A stretch of 64,000 nucleotides of DNA, from positions 516,113 to 580,112 of the forward strand of contig JAAOMT010000400.1 in assembly GCA_016748015.1 (NCBI GenBank), written 5' to 3'. This DNA comes from Geosiphon pyriformis uo1. Taxonomy: Eukaryota; Fungi; Glomeromycota. Positions 13,458 through 25,547 of the stretch are shown here, one piece after another (the first letter of the stretch is position 1; every line of letters begins with the position of its first letter). The position numbers and the translations under genes are program-made. Under the pieces are notes generated by a model. The model made no database searches, was not told where the DNA came from, and was given only the letters and a program-made list of their open reading frames with translations.

Positions 13458-13770
13458 ATATGTACAAATGCGGTTTGATTAGTGGAGATGGTTCTGTTTG
13501 TTCGATAGTTCGTGGTTTGTCGTCGGTCTTTTCCGATGGTGTGGTGCGATTACTCGGCATAGCCGAAGCACATGCTGTGAGTTTCGGTTCGCGTACGCGT
13601 TGTTTGTTTTTTTCTGGTTTGGGCGGTGATGTTACGGTGCATATAAATACGTAGTGTAGTCTTGATTGGCCCGAGTGGCGGTCACATGTAGTAAGCGCGT
13701 GATTTGCGTCTAGTTTAGAGCTGTATTGCACTAGATAGCGATTAGGCCTCGCTCGTTATAAAAAAAAAAA
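13458..13770 (+). mobile_element. 5'-truncated LINE copy (ORF2 C-terminus + 3' UTR + poly(A)) with 11-bp TSD
   Basis: TSD aacagttttag at 13447-13457 and 13771-13781. Poly(A) tail. Encodes ...GVVRLLGIAEAHAVSFGSRTRCLFFSGLGGDVTVHINT*. 3' UTR is homologous to 21832-22067, 48660-48897 and the 3' end of the full-length LINE. Confidence 0.92.
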
Positions 13771-14838
13771 AACAGTTTTAGGTTAAAAAAACATCTTTAA
13801 AACATATATTATTAGAAAATAATTTTTAAATCAATAAAAGTATAATTTAATATTACCTAAAAGTTATTAAAAAACTTTAAATTACATTTAATTATTATTA
13901 TTATTATTATTAAATCAAAGCATTATTTACTAATTAAATATTTTGAAAAATAATTTCATTTATGTTGTTACTAATTTTTAAAATTTGAAATTTGAAATTA
14001 TTAAAAAATATTAAAAAATTTATGATAATTATGTATTTTTGAATTAAATAATTATTTTTAAGTAATTACAAAAATTATTTTAAAAAAGACAAAATATTGT
14101 ATAAAAATTTGAATACAAAAAATAAATATTATTACTTAAATTTAAAAAAAAATTTAAATTGGGCTTTACTTGTAAATGCAATAAAAAAAACCACAAAACT
14201 AATTACAATATAAATAGAATTTACACTAATCAATATATTAAAAAAACCAGTTTTATAATAATAAAAATCAATTTGTTTATAAATATATTAAACTATTATA
14301 ATAAAACAAAACAGAAAAAACCACATAAAACAAAACCAATTTAACTGGTTATTTTTATATTCAAATATTTCAAAAATTTTTATTAATTAAATTTCTAAAA
14401 CAATTGGAATATTTTAAAAAAATTTATAATACAATATTTAATACATAATTAATTTTAATAATTTTATATATAAAACTTTTTTATTGTGGTCATTTTAAAC
14501 TTAAAATAAATAAATAAAACAAAAATAATACTTTTTTGCTTTAATTTTATAAATTTTATGTTTATTATTTTTTTATTATAAACATATTTTTAGTTTTATA
14601 AATTTTAACAATTTTTAATAATTTACAAAAGTTTTTTTTTACCAAAATTAATAAATAAAAACTTTATTAAAATTTATTTAATATTTACAATAGATGTTTA
14701 ATTCTTTTTTTTTTATTAAAGTTTTATGAGTGCAGTCCAACCACTACTTAAATACATAGAATTAAAACAAAATCCAAATTAAGCATGATTCATGCTCTTT
14801 TTACATGTAACTAACCATTCAGGCCAATTAAGACAGCA

Positions 14839-17800
14839 TTACACACCTAAACTATTTACTACAAAAATATTACTCAAGAAACCAAAATCTAATTTGGACA
14901 AACAAGAATGTAATCCAAAACATACATAGATACTTAACTTAAAGCTGAAATCCCATATCATTTCAGAAAACCACAAGAAAAACAAACTGAATTCTAAAAG
15001 AAAAGAGAAACTATCATGTGGCAGAAGGTTGTGTTTCTTATAATAAAATTTCAGTTTAGCCACAGACAACCAAATGACAGATCTATAACTTTTAGCAAAA
15101 CAACAAACAAAATTAACAACCAATGCACTACTCTCAGAATTAGCACTCAAACAGCTTATCATATTACTCACCCAACTTTTCAAAACAAAACTCTTAACCA
15201 GTATTATAAACAGATTGATAGAAAAAACAGTCTTATCTAGAGAATAAACAATTACACTCCCATCAGCAGAAGTGCTTAACAATATATCCTATTTTAGAAC
15301 AGTATTAGACAATAAGATTTTTTTAATTTTGTTATTATAAACACAAGAGAATATGTGATCAGAGTTTTCCACTATACTACACTAAATGCAAGTAATACTC
15401 AGATATTTTGGTTTATACATCTTTTTTTTTTAGCCATTGGCAAACAATAGTGTAGTGCTTTTATAAAGTATAACCAAAGTGCTACCAACACAAAGCTGAT
15501 ATAATCAGATCAGGTCTTATCATCAAGATATCAAACACTAAAAGTTCTAGTCATATCAAAACTGCCACAGAGATTTACACCCATGATATTACCAACACAT
15601 TTGGCTTCCCAATCAATAAAGTTAACTGTATTGAACAATTTTTTAACAAAATAATGAGCATTCCCAAAAACAGACCTGTCTTTAACATTGAAAAAACAAT
15701 ATGGCACCACAAAAGGCAGAAAAGACATAAAAGTAACTACAGCATTGGCATAAAAATCAGCACACTTATTTTCAATAACACCAAAATGATCTTTGACTTT
15801 TTTCCAAATAATTAACAAACTTTTTTTTGAAATGACCCAATAAATATTTTTCTTCTCAATCCAGCATTTGTTATGAAAGTCAAGACCAGATACACAACTA
15901 ATAGAGCTGTACATATCCAGCAAAACTTGGCTGTTTATAAACAAGGTAATTAATCAATAAATAGGCACACACTCCAAAGCAAAAGTGATGGTCTGCAGTT
16001 CTACCAGAGTAGAGAATAGCAATTCATTCACCTTAATCTTAATGCTAATATCCATATCTATAAAATAAACAGTAGCACTATCACAAGCACTTAACAAACC
16101 CAAATTTTTGATAGAGCCATCTATGTAAATAGTCATAAAACCCAACCCAAAATCCAGCAGACACTGACTGATATAACCAAAGTTACAAAAAAAATCAGCA
16201 AGAATAGAATAAGGAGACAATAGTTCACTATTTAACAAATCAACTTTACTAATAAATTTAACTAGAAAAACAAATCAGACAGGAACTGGGCCTTTAGGAT
16301 CCAGTTTTTTCTACCTATAAAAAGTGTTCTATGTAAAACACATGTCATAATAGTCTAGAAGCTGGTTTACAAACACAATATCATATCTTTTAAGAGATTT
16401 TATCACACCCAAATAGAACTTTGAGCCAAATACATTCAGAATCACAATATTATTCTTAGCCTAAAAAACATTAGACAAATTGTTGCCAAAAAACAGGTTG
16501 CACAAATCGAAAACATGTGTTGTATCAGCCAGAAAACAATTTATTAGATCAATTAGCAACTTGACCAGAACTCAAAGAGAGTGTTAGAGCATCTAGTTAG
16601 TGGCCTGTAGCTCTATTGCTCTGTGTTTAAATAACTTGCTAAGAATTCTGTTAGCATTAACAAAATTAACCAAACCAGCCAATAGGTTTTTAGTCAGCAT
16701 TTGCTTAAAAGTTTTTAAACCATACAACTCAGGATAATACAAGATTTCATTTAGAAAATCCTTAAACAGGTTGGTCTTAAGCTTTAATTTTTTTTTCAAC
16801 ATTTTATCTCACTTTTTATATACATTCTTTGAAACACAACTGAACTACAGCTTATAGCCAATTATGGATTACAAGACAGCAGAAACCAAATATAAAAACT
16901 GTTTCTTAGTAATGGCTTTCCTCAAAACCACATTTGAAAAAAATCTGATATCTAAATGAGTTTTGGCCAAGCTTGGTTTGAACAAACTATTTGTTGAGAA
17001 AAAAATTTCTAAGTATTGATAAGACTTACATCTTTTAGCTATGGAAATACTAGAATCACTAATAGACAGCAAAGCTTTTTTGGCTCCTTGATTGATAAGA
17101 ATAGTGATCATTTTGTCTGTATTAATTAAAATATCATTGATCAAAAAGAACTTACTTGTAATGTTCAAAATACATTGTATAGCTGCCATGCAATTTTCAA
17201 TCCAAATAGTATTATCTACAAAAACACCAGCCACAAAAAAGGAATCTTTGTCACTTTTAAGATCAACCTTATTAGTTCTTGTGAAAAATTTTGAACTTAA
17301 TCTGTAAACATACAATTGTTTATGTCTTTTGATTTTATAAAGCAAAAGATCATAAAAAATTCTTTACAGCAATAACAAGAAGACTTCTTCTTATTTCAAC
17401 TTATTATAAACAATATATCTGTTAGTTAGACCAAAGTTTATTATCACCTAGTTTGTTTAATTGTTGTGTATACTTCCAAAAAACTTTACAAAATGAGGAC
17501 ATATTTTGATTTTAGATAAGCTGCTTTACAAATAAAACTACCTAACTGAGTTGTAAGCTTTTTGCATGTTTTAGAGAACTAATCACAGCTCTCTGTTTTT
17601 TTCCAACACATTTTCGACAATAAAATCAATGGCAAAAATTGGAGTTTAAGTGAATGTATCTTTCAGAACCAAGAAATTGTCATCATGTAGAACATTAAAT
17701 TTATTACAAGTTAAAAATATCTTGTTAAAAAGGATTTTGGATAGTATTTTCTGAGCTGTTTTAATTAATGCTATAGGCCTGATATTGGTGAGTGTCTCTT

Positions 17801-19525
17801 TCCAATTATATGGCTTCAGTATTATAAGAACTCAAACCTGCATCTATTATATAAGCACAGCACCTATTACTAAACATGCATTGAAAATGTTTAACAAATT
17901 ACTTAGAATCTAAGAATCTCCATATTTTCAAAATTTATTAAGAATACCAGAAATGCCAGCAGCTTTCTCATCAAGCAATCTTTTGACTACCAAAAAAACT
18001 CATCAAACTTGATTTTACACATAATATTTGAAAATACATCATTATTGACATAGTTTAAAGGGAAATATTAATTAGACCAATAAGCAAACAGAGAATTAAG
18101 AACAACACATTTCTTCATCCACTCTTTCATAACAATATTAACAGTAAACTTAATTTTATTAGGTACCAAAATCAAGTCCTTATTTATAACTAGATGGTCA
18201 AGTATCACTTTCTGAAATAGTTGTTCCAAGACACTTCTGATTATACATCCTTTATTAGAACAAAAGTTTTCTATGTGTTTGTTAATTGTTTTCTTAATAG
18301 AAATGTCTCTGGTGATCTTAGACTCATAATACTTAAATCTATGGTATATTTTTTTGACTTTCAACAAGTAATGCAGAATTTTTTCTCTGCTTTCACTATT
18401 ATTATACATGATACATACTTTAGAAACCTCTTTATTATCAACAATAAACCATGTATTAAAAAGATAATTGGCTTCTGATTTTTGGCCTGAACTCAAACAC
18501 TTAACTAACTTGGCAATTTGTAATTCCAACCCAAAAAACTTTAATGATTGCTTATTTCTTGAACATTTAAACTCACTAAATCAAAACTTAGAAAATACTT
18601 TATTAGCAGCACCTACTACTATTATCTTATAAATATTTTACATAGTATCTAAATCTCCATCTTCCTTTACAATATTGAATTCATCTAACCTTCCCAAAAA
18701 TTTGCTCAATAAATACTCTCTAAAACATGATCACTTATTAATATCTACATTCTTAATTCTGAACTTCCATTTATCCTTGTTAGCCTGTCTACAATCACTG
18801 TTAAGACAAGTATTTAAAAGATTACTCAAACCAACTGAAACCAAAACAGTATTGTAATCTGTATCAAAAAATTCAGAAACAGAAACAACTTTATAACCAG
18901 TTACTGCAGATAACAAACTTTTATTCATGAAAATGTAATTAATAATCTTTTTAGCACCTTTCAAATTGCTCTAAGTAGTTGCTTTAGTTAGTGAATGTTC
19001 ATTAAAAAAATTGACCAAGCCTAAATCTGAGCAAAATTTAAAACTTGTACTTTTTTTAGATCTATTTTCATTGAAATCTTTATTCAAAACTGTAAATGTG
19101 AAAGAATTAACAGCCTTAGCAATGAAAAAGTTGATTTCCAAAGCTTGACTGAATCTGGCTTCAACAGAAGCACTAATATATAAATCCAAAACCACAACTG
19201 AAAGCTTGCCTTTGAAAAAGAGCTGAACAAAAACAAGATGATCAGAAATTTTCTCAATCTTTAAAACATAATGCACAAAAGAATTGTTCATAATGATTGT
19301 TATTTTAGCACTAAGAAATTCTCTGTTCAAGCCAAAAAAGAATATTCTTACTCCAACAACTCTGTTTATAATTCATGACCTAATACCAAACCTTAATTTT
19401 GTTTCCATAACAATAGAAACTGCATTTCTTAATTCTACATACTAATAAACAACATTTTTCTGCTTGACAAGAACATTAAAATCTTGAATATTACACATAG
19501 CAAATTTTTACACCAGATCCATCAT
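14839..19525 (-). pseudogene. LINE ORF2 (apurinic endonuclease - reverse transcriptase - RNase H), fragmented
   Basis: APE: MCNIQ..., METKL, KDFNE (GDFN), INYIF, DTDY (SDH). RT: RPIALIKTAQKILSKIL, FVDNTIW (FVDD). RNase H: IYIDGS, STLVELQTI, FINSQ, KVKDH...ENKCAD. Confidence 0.88.
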
Positions 19526-21354
19526 TAAAAAAAATGAGCAACAAGAACCAAACTAGTATTGTCAATTTTAGCTAATAGGCCCATAACTGTAATTAACAAA
19601 TTGTTCAAAGTGTCTTTCAATTTTGAAATAGCTGAAGAATCAAAAACCACTACTTTTGCAATATTTTTATCATTAGTAACCACATCTAAACTCTTATTCA
19701 TCACTATATTCACCCCTTAATTCTGTAATAAAGGGGTCACCAACAGCTAATGTCCAAGACTAAACTGAGAAACCATTGGCTCAGATATGTTCAACCTTTT
19801 AGCCAACTTGTCAATATATTTTACAAGACTGGCAAGACTATATTTAAGAATGGCAAACCTATTATTTACTTTTATAAATACCATTGGGGTAGGTTTTATT
19901 TCCAAAGAGGAACCAGAATTATCTAAGTCATTATATACAAGAAGAGAAAGAAAAGAAGATCCATCAACAATCTTGGCCCAAAAAATACTATCAAAAGAAA
20001 CAGAACAAGAAACTGGTACTGAGCACTTAGCATAAATGAACACCAGTCTGTTTTTATTATTATCTGACAATATCCTATGAGATGAGTTACCAGAAAACAT
20101 TTTTCCACTTACAAAACAGCTTAAAAAAGTATGACCCAATTTTTCATATTTAATACACTTAGCAGAACTCAGATGAGACCAATATAAATTAACACTCCTT
20201 AATACAGGCATAGTTTCTATAACAGCATTCAATAACTCAGCTGAATTAAAACAAACAACAGCATACTTGGCCCAAGCATATATAACTAAATGCCAATCAA
20301 TAATGCATGTTTTTTCATCCACAAAACTAATAAAGTTCTATATATTATGAGCATTAGTGTTTATCAGCAGCATATAGAGCAGTGCTCTATGCTGATCTTT
20401 TGTATCTTATAATTTTTTGTTTAAATTAGTCTTAGTCACTCTCACAACATCTTTCCCAATTAAAATAGATCATCTAGCTGCAACCAAATCAGCCTAATCA
20501 GATTGGGTGAACTCCATCACAGCTTTTTGCCAAAGTCCTACCAATAGCATTTTGATTGACATGATAACACCAAACTCAGAAAATGCAGCACATACAGTCT
20601 CAGCCAATGTTTTAACATGAATTTCTTTTATTATCACAGTTTGATCTAAACAATTAGTAGATTTTTTAAGATTGGTATTTACTAAGATCTTTACTATTTT
20701 TGCCATTTCAAAAGCTTGTGTCAAACTCAATTCAAAAGTGAACATTACTCAGATGATTTCAGAAAATTTTGAAGAAGTAAAAACTCTTCCAAGACCATTG
20801 ATTTTTGAAAATAATTTTCTAACTTCCACCAGCTTTTCTTGAGAGAATTTTCCAACCATTTTATTTAAGCCAATATTCAAAACAATAATTTTTTAACTAG
20901 AATATCAACCAAAATTTTCAAAAAAGGAGAGAGAACTAGCAAAGCATCCAATAAAACATTATTATCATTGCCATCACTCAAAAAATTGATTTTACTTAAC
21001 AGCTTCCTCAAATCTTTTTTGGTCTTAATATACAAATTCTTTGGCATTTAATCAGCATTTTTGCCAATCAAAAATGGTCCCATTATCATAGTCAAAGCTA
21101 GTTTCCTCAACCAGACACTTCTTTTTCATGTTAACACTATCAAACTCAATAGTATTACCAGCTTCTGAACTCCAAAAATGATCACCAACCATTTTGGCAG
21201 AAATTCTTTTAGCTTTAACATCATCTTCCAAAGTACCACTCTTTCTCTTCTTTCTTGATAGCACAAATATAAAACTCCCAGCTGAACCAGAATTTTTAAT
21301 TGTCTTCTTTATGACAACAATACTAAGACCAATAGTAGTCTCATAATCAAGCAA
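19525..21354 (-). pseudogene. LINE ORF1 (nucleic-acid chaperone with zinc knuckle and coiled coil), fragmented
   Basis: Successive ORF-track fragments 21052-21354, 20494-20745, 19747-20322 and 19525-19713. Degenerate knuckle KCIKYEKLGHTFLSC and heptad LKYSLASLVKYIDKLAKRL. Confidence 0.75.
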
Positions 21355-21590
21355 AAATGGTTTTAATTTATCATATTGAATTGTAAAAAAACTTCTTTTA
21401 AAAAACTTTTAGACTCTTTTTTAGGAATTTGGGACAAAAGAGAGAAAGAAGTTTTTTTTTCCAAATGTGTTTTATTAATTTTTTTTTATAAATTATTGTT
21501 AATATATATTTAAAATTCTTGATTTAAAACAATAAAACCAAATTTTTATATTTTTATATTTTTTATTAAAAACCAATAAATTTTACAAAA

Positions 21591-21634
<44 letters not shown>

Positions 21635-21831
21635 AAAAAAAATTATTTTTAGTTTTAAAATTAATTTTAAATAATATAATAAATTAACTAAATTAAATAT
21701 TTAAAATAAACAATATATATTAAAATTATATACTGAAATAAATAAAATTAGATGAATTTAAGAAAACAAAAAAGATAAAACTATTAATTATTATTTTATA
21801 ATTGGTATTAATCTTGTTTAAAAAGTTAAAA

Positions 21832-22067
21832 TGCGGTTGCTTGGAATTGTTGAGGCATTTGGTGTAAGTTTTAAGTCGCGTAAGCGTTGTTTGTTTTTTG
21901 CGAATTTGAGCGGTAACGTATCGATTAAGATAGACACGTAGTGTAATCTTGACTAATTCGAGTGGCTAATCACATATAAAAAGTGCCTGAGTCGCGTCTA
22001 GTTTAGAACACGTGGTTGTTGTATTGTACTAGGTAGCGATTGGGCCTCACTCGTTAAATAATAATAG
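21832..22067 (+). mobile_element. 5'-truncated LINE copy with 13-bp TSD and (TAA)-type tail
   Basis: TSD taaaaagttaaaa at 21819-21831 and 22068-22080. Encodes RLLGIVEAFGVSFKSRKRCLFFANLSGNVSIKIDT*. 3' UTR homologous to the 13458 copy. Confidence 0.9.
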
Positions 22068-23378
22068 TAAAAAGTTAAAACCAAATTTGATTAACTTTTA
22101 TTTTTATATTTAAATACTTTTATTAACTGAATTTATAAAATAACTAGAATATTTTAGAATAATCTGCAGTTTTGTAATATTTTATATATAAATAATAATA
22201 TAATATTTTTAAATAAAATACAGTTTTTACATAACTTAATTTGATTTAAAAAAATCCTTAACATTAAACATTAAAACTTTTATTATTTATTTATAAAATT
22301 TTAATAGTTATTAATAATTTTTCAGTTATTAGCTGTAATATTAAAAACAGATTGCTTCAGTTTTTTATAATATATTGAAACATGACTTGTTTTGTTTTTT
22401 AATAATAAATAATTAAAATTTATTACAATAAAAGATATTAAATTTTATGTTTATGTATTGTTGCTGCTGAAGTTCAAATTGAAAAAATATTTTAAATATA
22501 ATACATGCAATAATATTTCTATAAATAATTTATTTTTATTCATTAAAAAAATCAAGGAATTGATGAATTCATAAATACGTCATAATGATTAAACAAAAGG
22601 CTGTGCGACGAATATACATCTCTTATCGTCGTGGCTTTTCTAAATCGAATGGATCTGGCTGAGGATCGAAGAATGAAGGCTTGTCGATGGTAGCTGATTA
22701 TGATAGCCTATGACACCCGGAGACCATCTACTCTCAATTTGGAATAAAAAAGCCAGGGGATTGAGTTCTGTGAATGCATTATGATACAACTTTATATTGT
22801 TTCAATGCCATTTCGAGAACAGCCACATTAGAGAAGGGGAGCTTGTAAAAACTTGTGTTAAAAGCAATGCACGCAAGGTAAAATGATTGGGAATACAAGA
22901 TACTTGATAAACCTCTCTGGTATTGCACATTCGATGTTTCTAATTTAGAACACTAGGCATTTAAAACAATTTCCAACTAGAACCAGATCCCAATGAATTC
23001 ACTTCGTACACGGTGAAACAAAGAATTGATGAATATCTTGCCCCTCTTCGGGGCTTCTGAGGAATTCTTTGGTTTGGATTTGCCAAGGAACAAAGACAAG
23101 TGAAGACTAAAGTCATTCAACACCGTCATCTTTGTCATCTCGGTGAAATTCGCGTAAATGGCGAACCCAATTTCTCTCCTTCGCTAAGATTACTGTTTCA
23201 ATGTGTGATTTGATACTTGAGAAAGACTGGCTTGACTAGAACTTCAGCCCTTTCTAAAATTCTTGTTTGCCGCATTGATTAAATTCCCATCTTTGTAATC
23301 TTTCCTGTAAGTCTCAAAATTTCTCTTTTCTTATAATATTAATGATTAGAAAAAGAAATTGTTAGTAGCGTTTAAAAA

Positions 23379-24968
23379 ATGTCAAAACCCGGTCGAAGGC
23401 GTAGAAAAGAGAGTGACGCAGAATATAAGTTATCAGAAAGCGAAGAAGAGTCAGAATCTGACGCTTCCACTAAAGACAGTCCCGGAAGAAAAGTAGTTCG
23501 TCGTGGTGCTGGGAGTGTCATTAGTATTGATAGCGAAAACGAAGGTGAAGGTGAAAGCTATAGTGAAGATGAAAGTGAGAATAGTGATCATGCCTCACCA
23601 GGTGATAGCGGTAAAAAAGGAAAAATCAAAAGTGCACTCACAAATGTTATAGGAAAAAAACCGAAAACGTCAACACCCAATAAAGGAAAACAAAAAACTG
23701 TAGTGACGAGCTCAACAACTAGCGTTGGGAGTGGCGGTTCTTTAAATCAAGAAAAAACTGTGGGGGAAAGTGTAAAACAAAAAGTTACTTCGAAAATTTT
23801 GAAAAAAAATCCGTCGAAAAAGCAAGTTATCCTCCCAAAGAAACAACAAAAAGATAACGACAAAGAAAATGATGCTACTTTCGTCGAAGATATTGAACTA
23901 CTCTCCAAATTACCACTTCCATCAACTACGCGTCGTCATCGATACAATCAAAATATCAGTATGATCGGTTCTATAAATATTCAAGCTTTTGGCACCAAGA
24001 AAGCATCTAATAATGTTCTAATGCGGATTATAATTGATATATTACGCCGTTATGATATCGTTCTTTGTCAAGAAATTCACTCGCCAAAAGATAATGAAAC
24101 GATCATTCAACAATTATGTGATGAAGTTTCCACCCCAAGTACTCCATATGCCTACGTTGCAAGTCATCCAATAGGAAGAAAACAATATCGAGAACGCTAC
24201 GTGTACTTATATCGAGCAAATGAGTGGAAAGTTATTGATGAATACGTGATTGATGATGATGAGAAATTAGGTGATTTGTTTATGCGAGAACCATATGTCG
24301 TCAGATTTCAACATCTTCGAAAACCAGATGTTAGAATTACTTTAGTAGGATGTCATACTCAACCTGATAATGCTTTTGAAGAAATTTCTTCATTAGTGGG
24401 GCAAGTTTATCCAATAGTTAAGCGCGGAATGAAACCCACTTCTAAACGTCCCTCCATGCAACAACAACATATGCGTGATTCAGAAAATGATGAAAAGCCT
24501 TTGACTACCCTACAAAAGCTCCGAAATATTTTCTGCTGTTGTTTTCCTTATTCCTCAGTATCCACCCGAGATATTAATGACCTGCCTCGAGGATCTTCCG
24601 AAAAATTAACATCCACAAGCGGGGCCGATGAACCAATTATAATGATGGGAGATCTTAATGCCGCCGGAAGTTATGTCAATAAAACAAAACGAGTGGAACT
24701 TGATGCCCTTCTTAAAAAGCATGATTTAGTCTGGGGAATTCCGAATACTACTGATACCACTGTGTCTGATGGTTCCGACTCCGCCTATGATCGATTTATC
24801 TTTGAATCAGAGAATGAAAGAAGATGGATTGGTAATAGCGGGGTCTGGCGATTCGATGACGGATGGTTAGAAGGCAAATCGGGGAAAGATGATATAAACT
24901 TGATTAAAAGAGCAGCGAAACGAGTCTCAGATCATTATTCGATTGAATTTGAATTGAAACTTGTCTGA
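23379..24968 (+). CDS. Deoxyribonuclease I-family (EEP fold) nuclease with long disordered N-terminal extension
   Basis: Uninterrupted 529-aa ORF with DNase I motifs in order: SINIQAFG, ILRRYDIVLCQEI, IGRKQYRERYVYLYR, FMREPYVVRF, GCHTQP, IIMMGDLNA, DTTV, AYDRFIF, VSDHYSIEFEL. Equivalents of the catalytic E39, H134, D168, D212 and H252 are present. Confidence 0.93.
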   Translation: MSKPGRRRRKESDAEYKLSESEEESESDASTKDSPGRKVVRRGAGSVISIDSENEGEGESYSEDESENSDHASPGDSGKKGKIKSALTNVIGKKPKTSTPNKGKQKTVVTSSTTSVGSGGSLNQEKTVGESVKQKVTSKILKKNPSKKQVILPKKQQKDNDKENDATFVEDIELLSKLPLPSTTRRHRYNQNISMIGSINIQAFGTKKASNNVLMRIIIDILRRYDIVLCQEIHSPKDNETIIQQLCDEVSTPSTPYAYVASHPIGRKQYRERYVYLYRANEWKVIDEYVIDDDEKLGDLFMREPYVVRFQHLRKPDVRITLVGCHTQPDNAFEEISSLVGQVYPIVKRGMKPTSKRPSMQQQHMRDSENDEKPLTTLQKLRNIFCCCFPYSSVSTRDINDLPRGSSEKLTSTSGADEPIIMMGDLNAAGSYVNKTKRVELDALLKKHDLVWGIPNTTDTTVSDGSDSAYDRFIFESENERRWIGNSGVWRFDDGWLEGKSGKDDINLIKRAAKRVSDHYSIEFELKLV

Positions 24969-25516
24969 TGATGATGTAATGGCCATTAAATAATTGATTC
25001 ATCGATTAAAATATCGAAAACAATTTCGTGGATCAGACTAGTTTTTCCTTCTTGTTTATAAATTATAAATATATATTTTGTACAGCTTTCGAAAACTCGC
25101 CCTTTTTCAAGGAACATACACGAATTTGTAAATTATACTCTCAAAAAATTTATTCATCTCCACATCCCTTTTTCTTGATTTTGAAATTAGATATCTATAT
25201 GAAAATTCAAAGGTTGAAAACCTTGAGATTTTTCAATCCTATTTTTTTGATTCAAAAGAATTAGCGTCGATACAAATTTAGATCAAGTTGCTATATCTGA
25301 TTCAAATATTTGTAATCTTAGGAATTCATTGATACATTGTGGGACAATTGCTTTGGAATAAATAAAATGACCATTACACTTTAACCAATGCATAAAGGCC
25401 AATACTTGATTTGGATAATTTTAGCAATATTTATTTAATCGATTTAAATTAACTTTATAAGAGTAGATTGGTGAATATCATTTCAATTTTTTTTGACACT
25501 ATTTTTATGCTAGAAA

Positions 25517-25547
<31 letters not shown>

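Larger units (their letters stand above)
14705..21470 (-). mobile_element. Full-length but heavily mutated LINE (non-LTR retrotransposon): ORF1 + ORF2 (APE, RT, RNase H)
   Basis: ORF1 and ORF2 remnants as listed below, conserved 3' UTR (~14720-14838), and poly(A) (T-run 14705-14714). The 5' end is approximate. Confidence 0.92.

Noticed and set aside
14690-21520. TSD for the full-length LINE
   Set aside because: Only weak AT-rich matches; cannot be distinguished from chance.
23307-23368. 5' UTR intron of the DNase gene (gtaagt...tag); similarly an acceptor-like tract just upstream of the T-box ATG
   Set aside because: Plausible, but acceptor/donor choice is ambiguous without transcripts.
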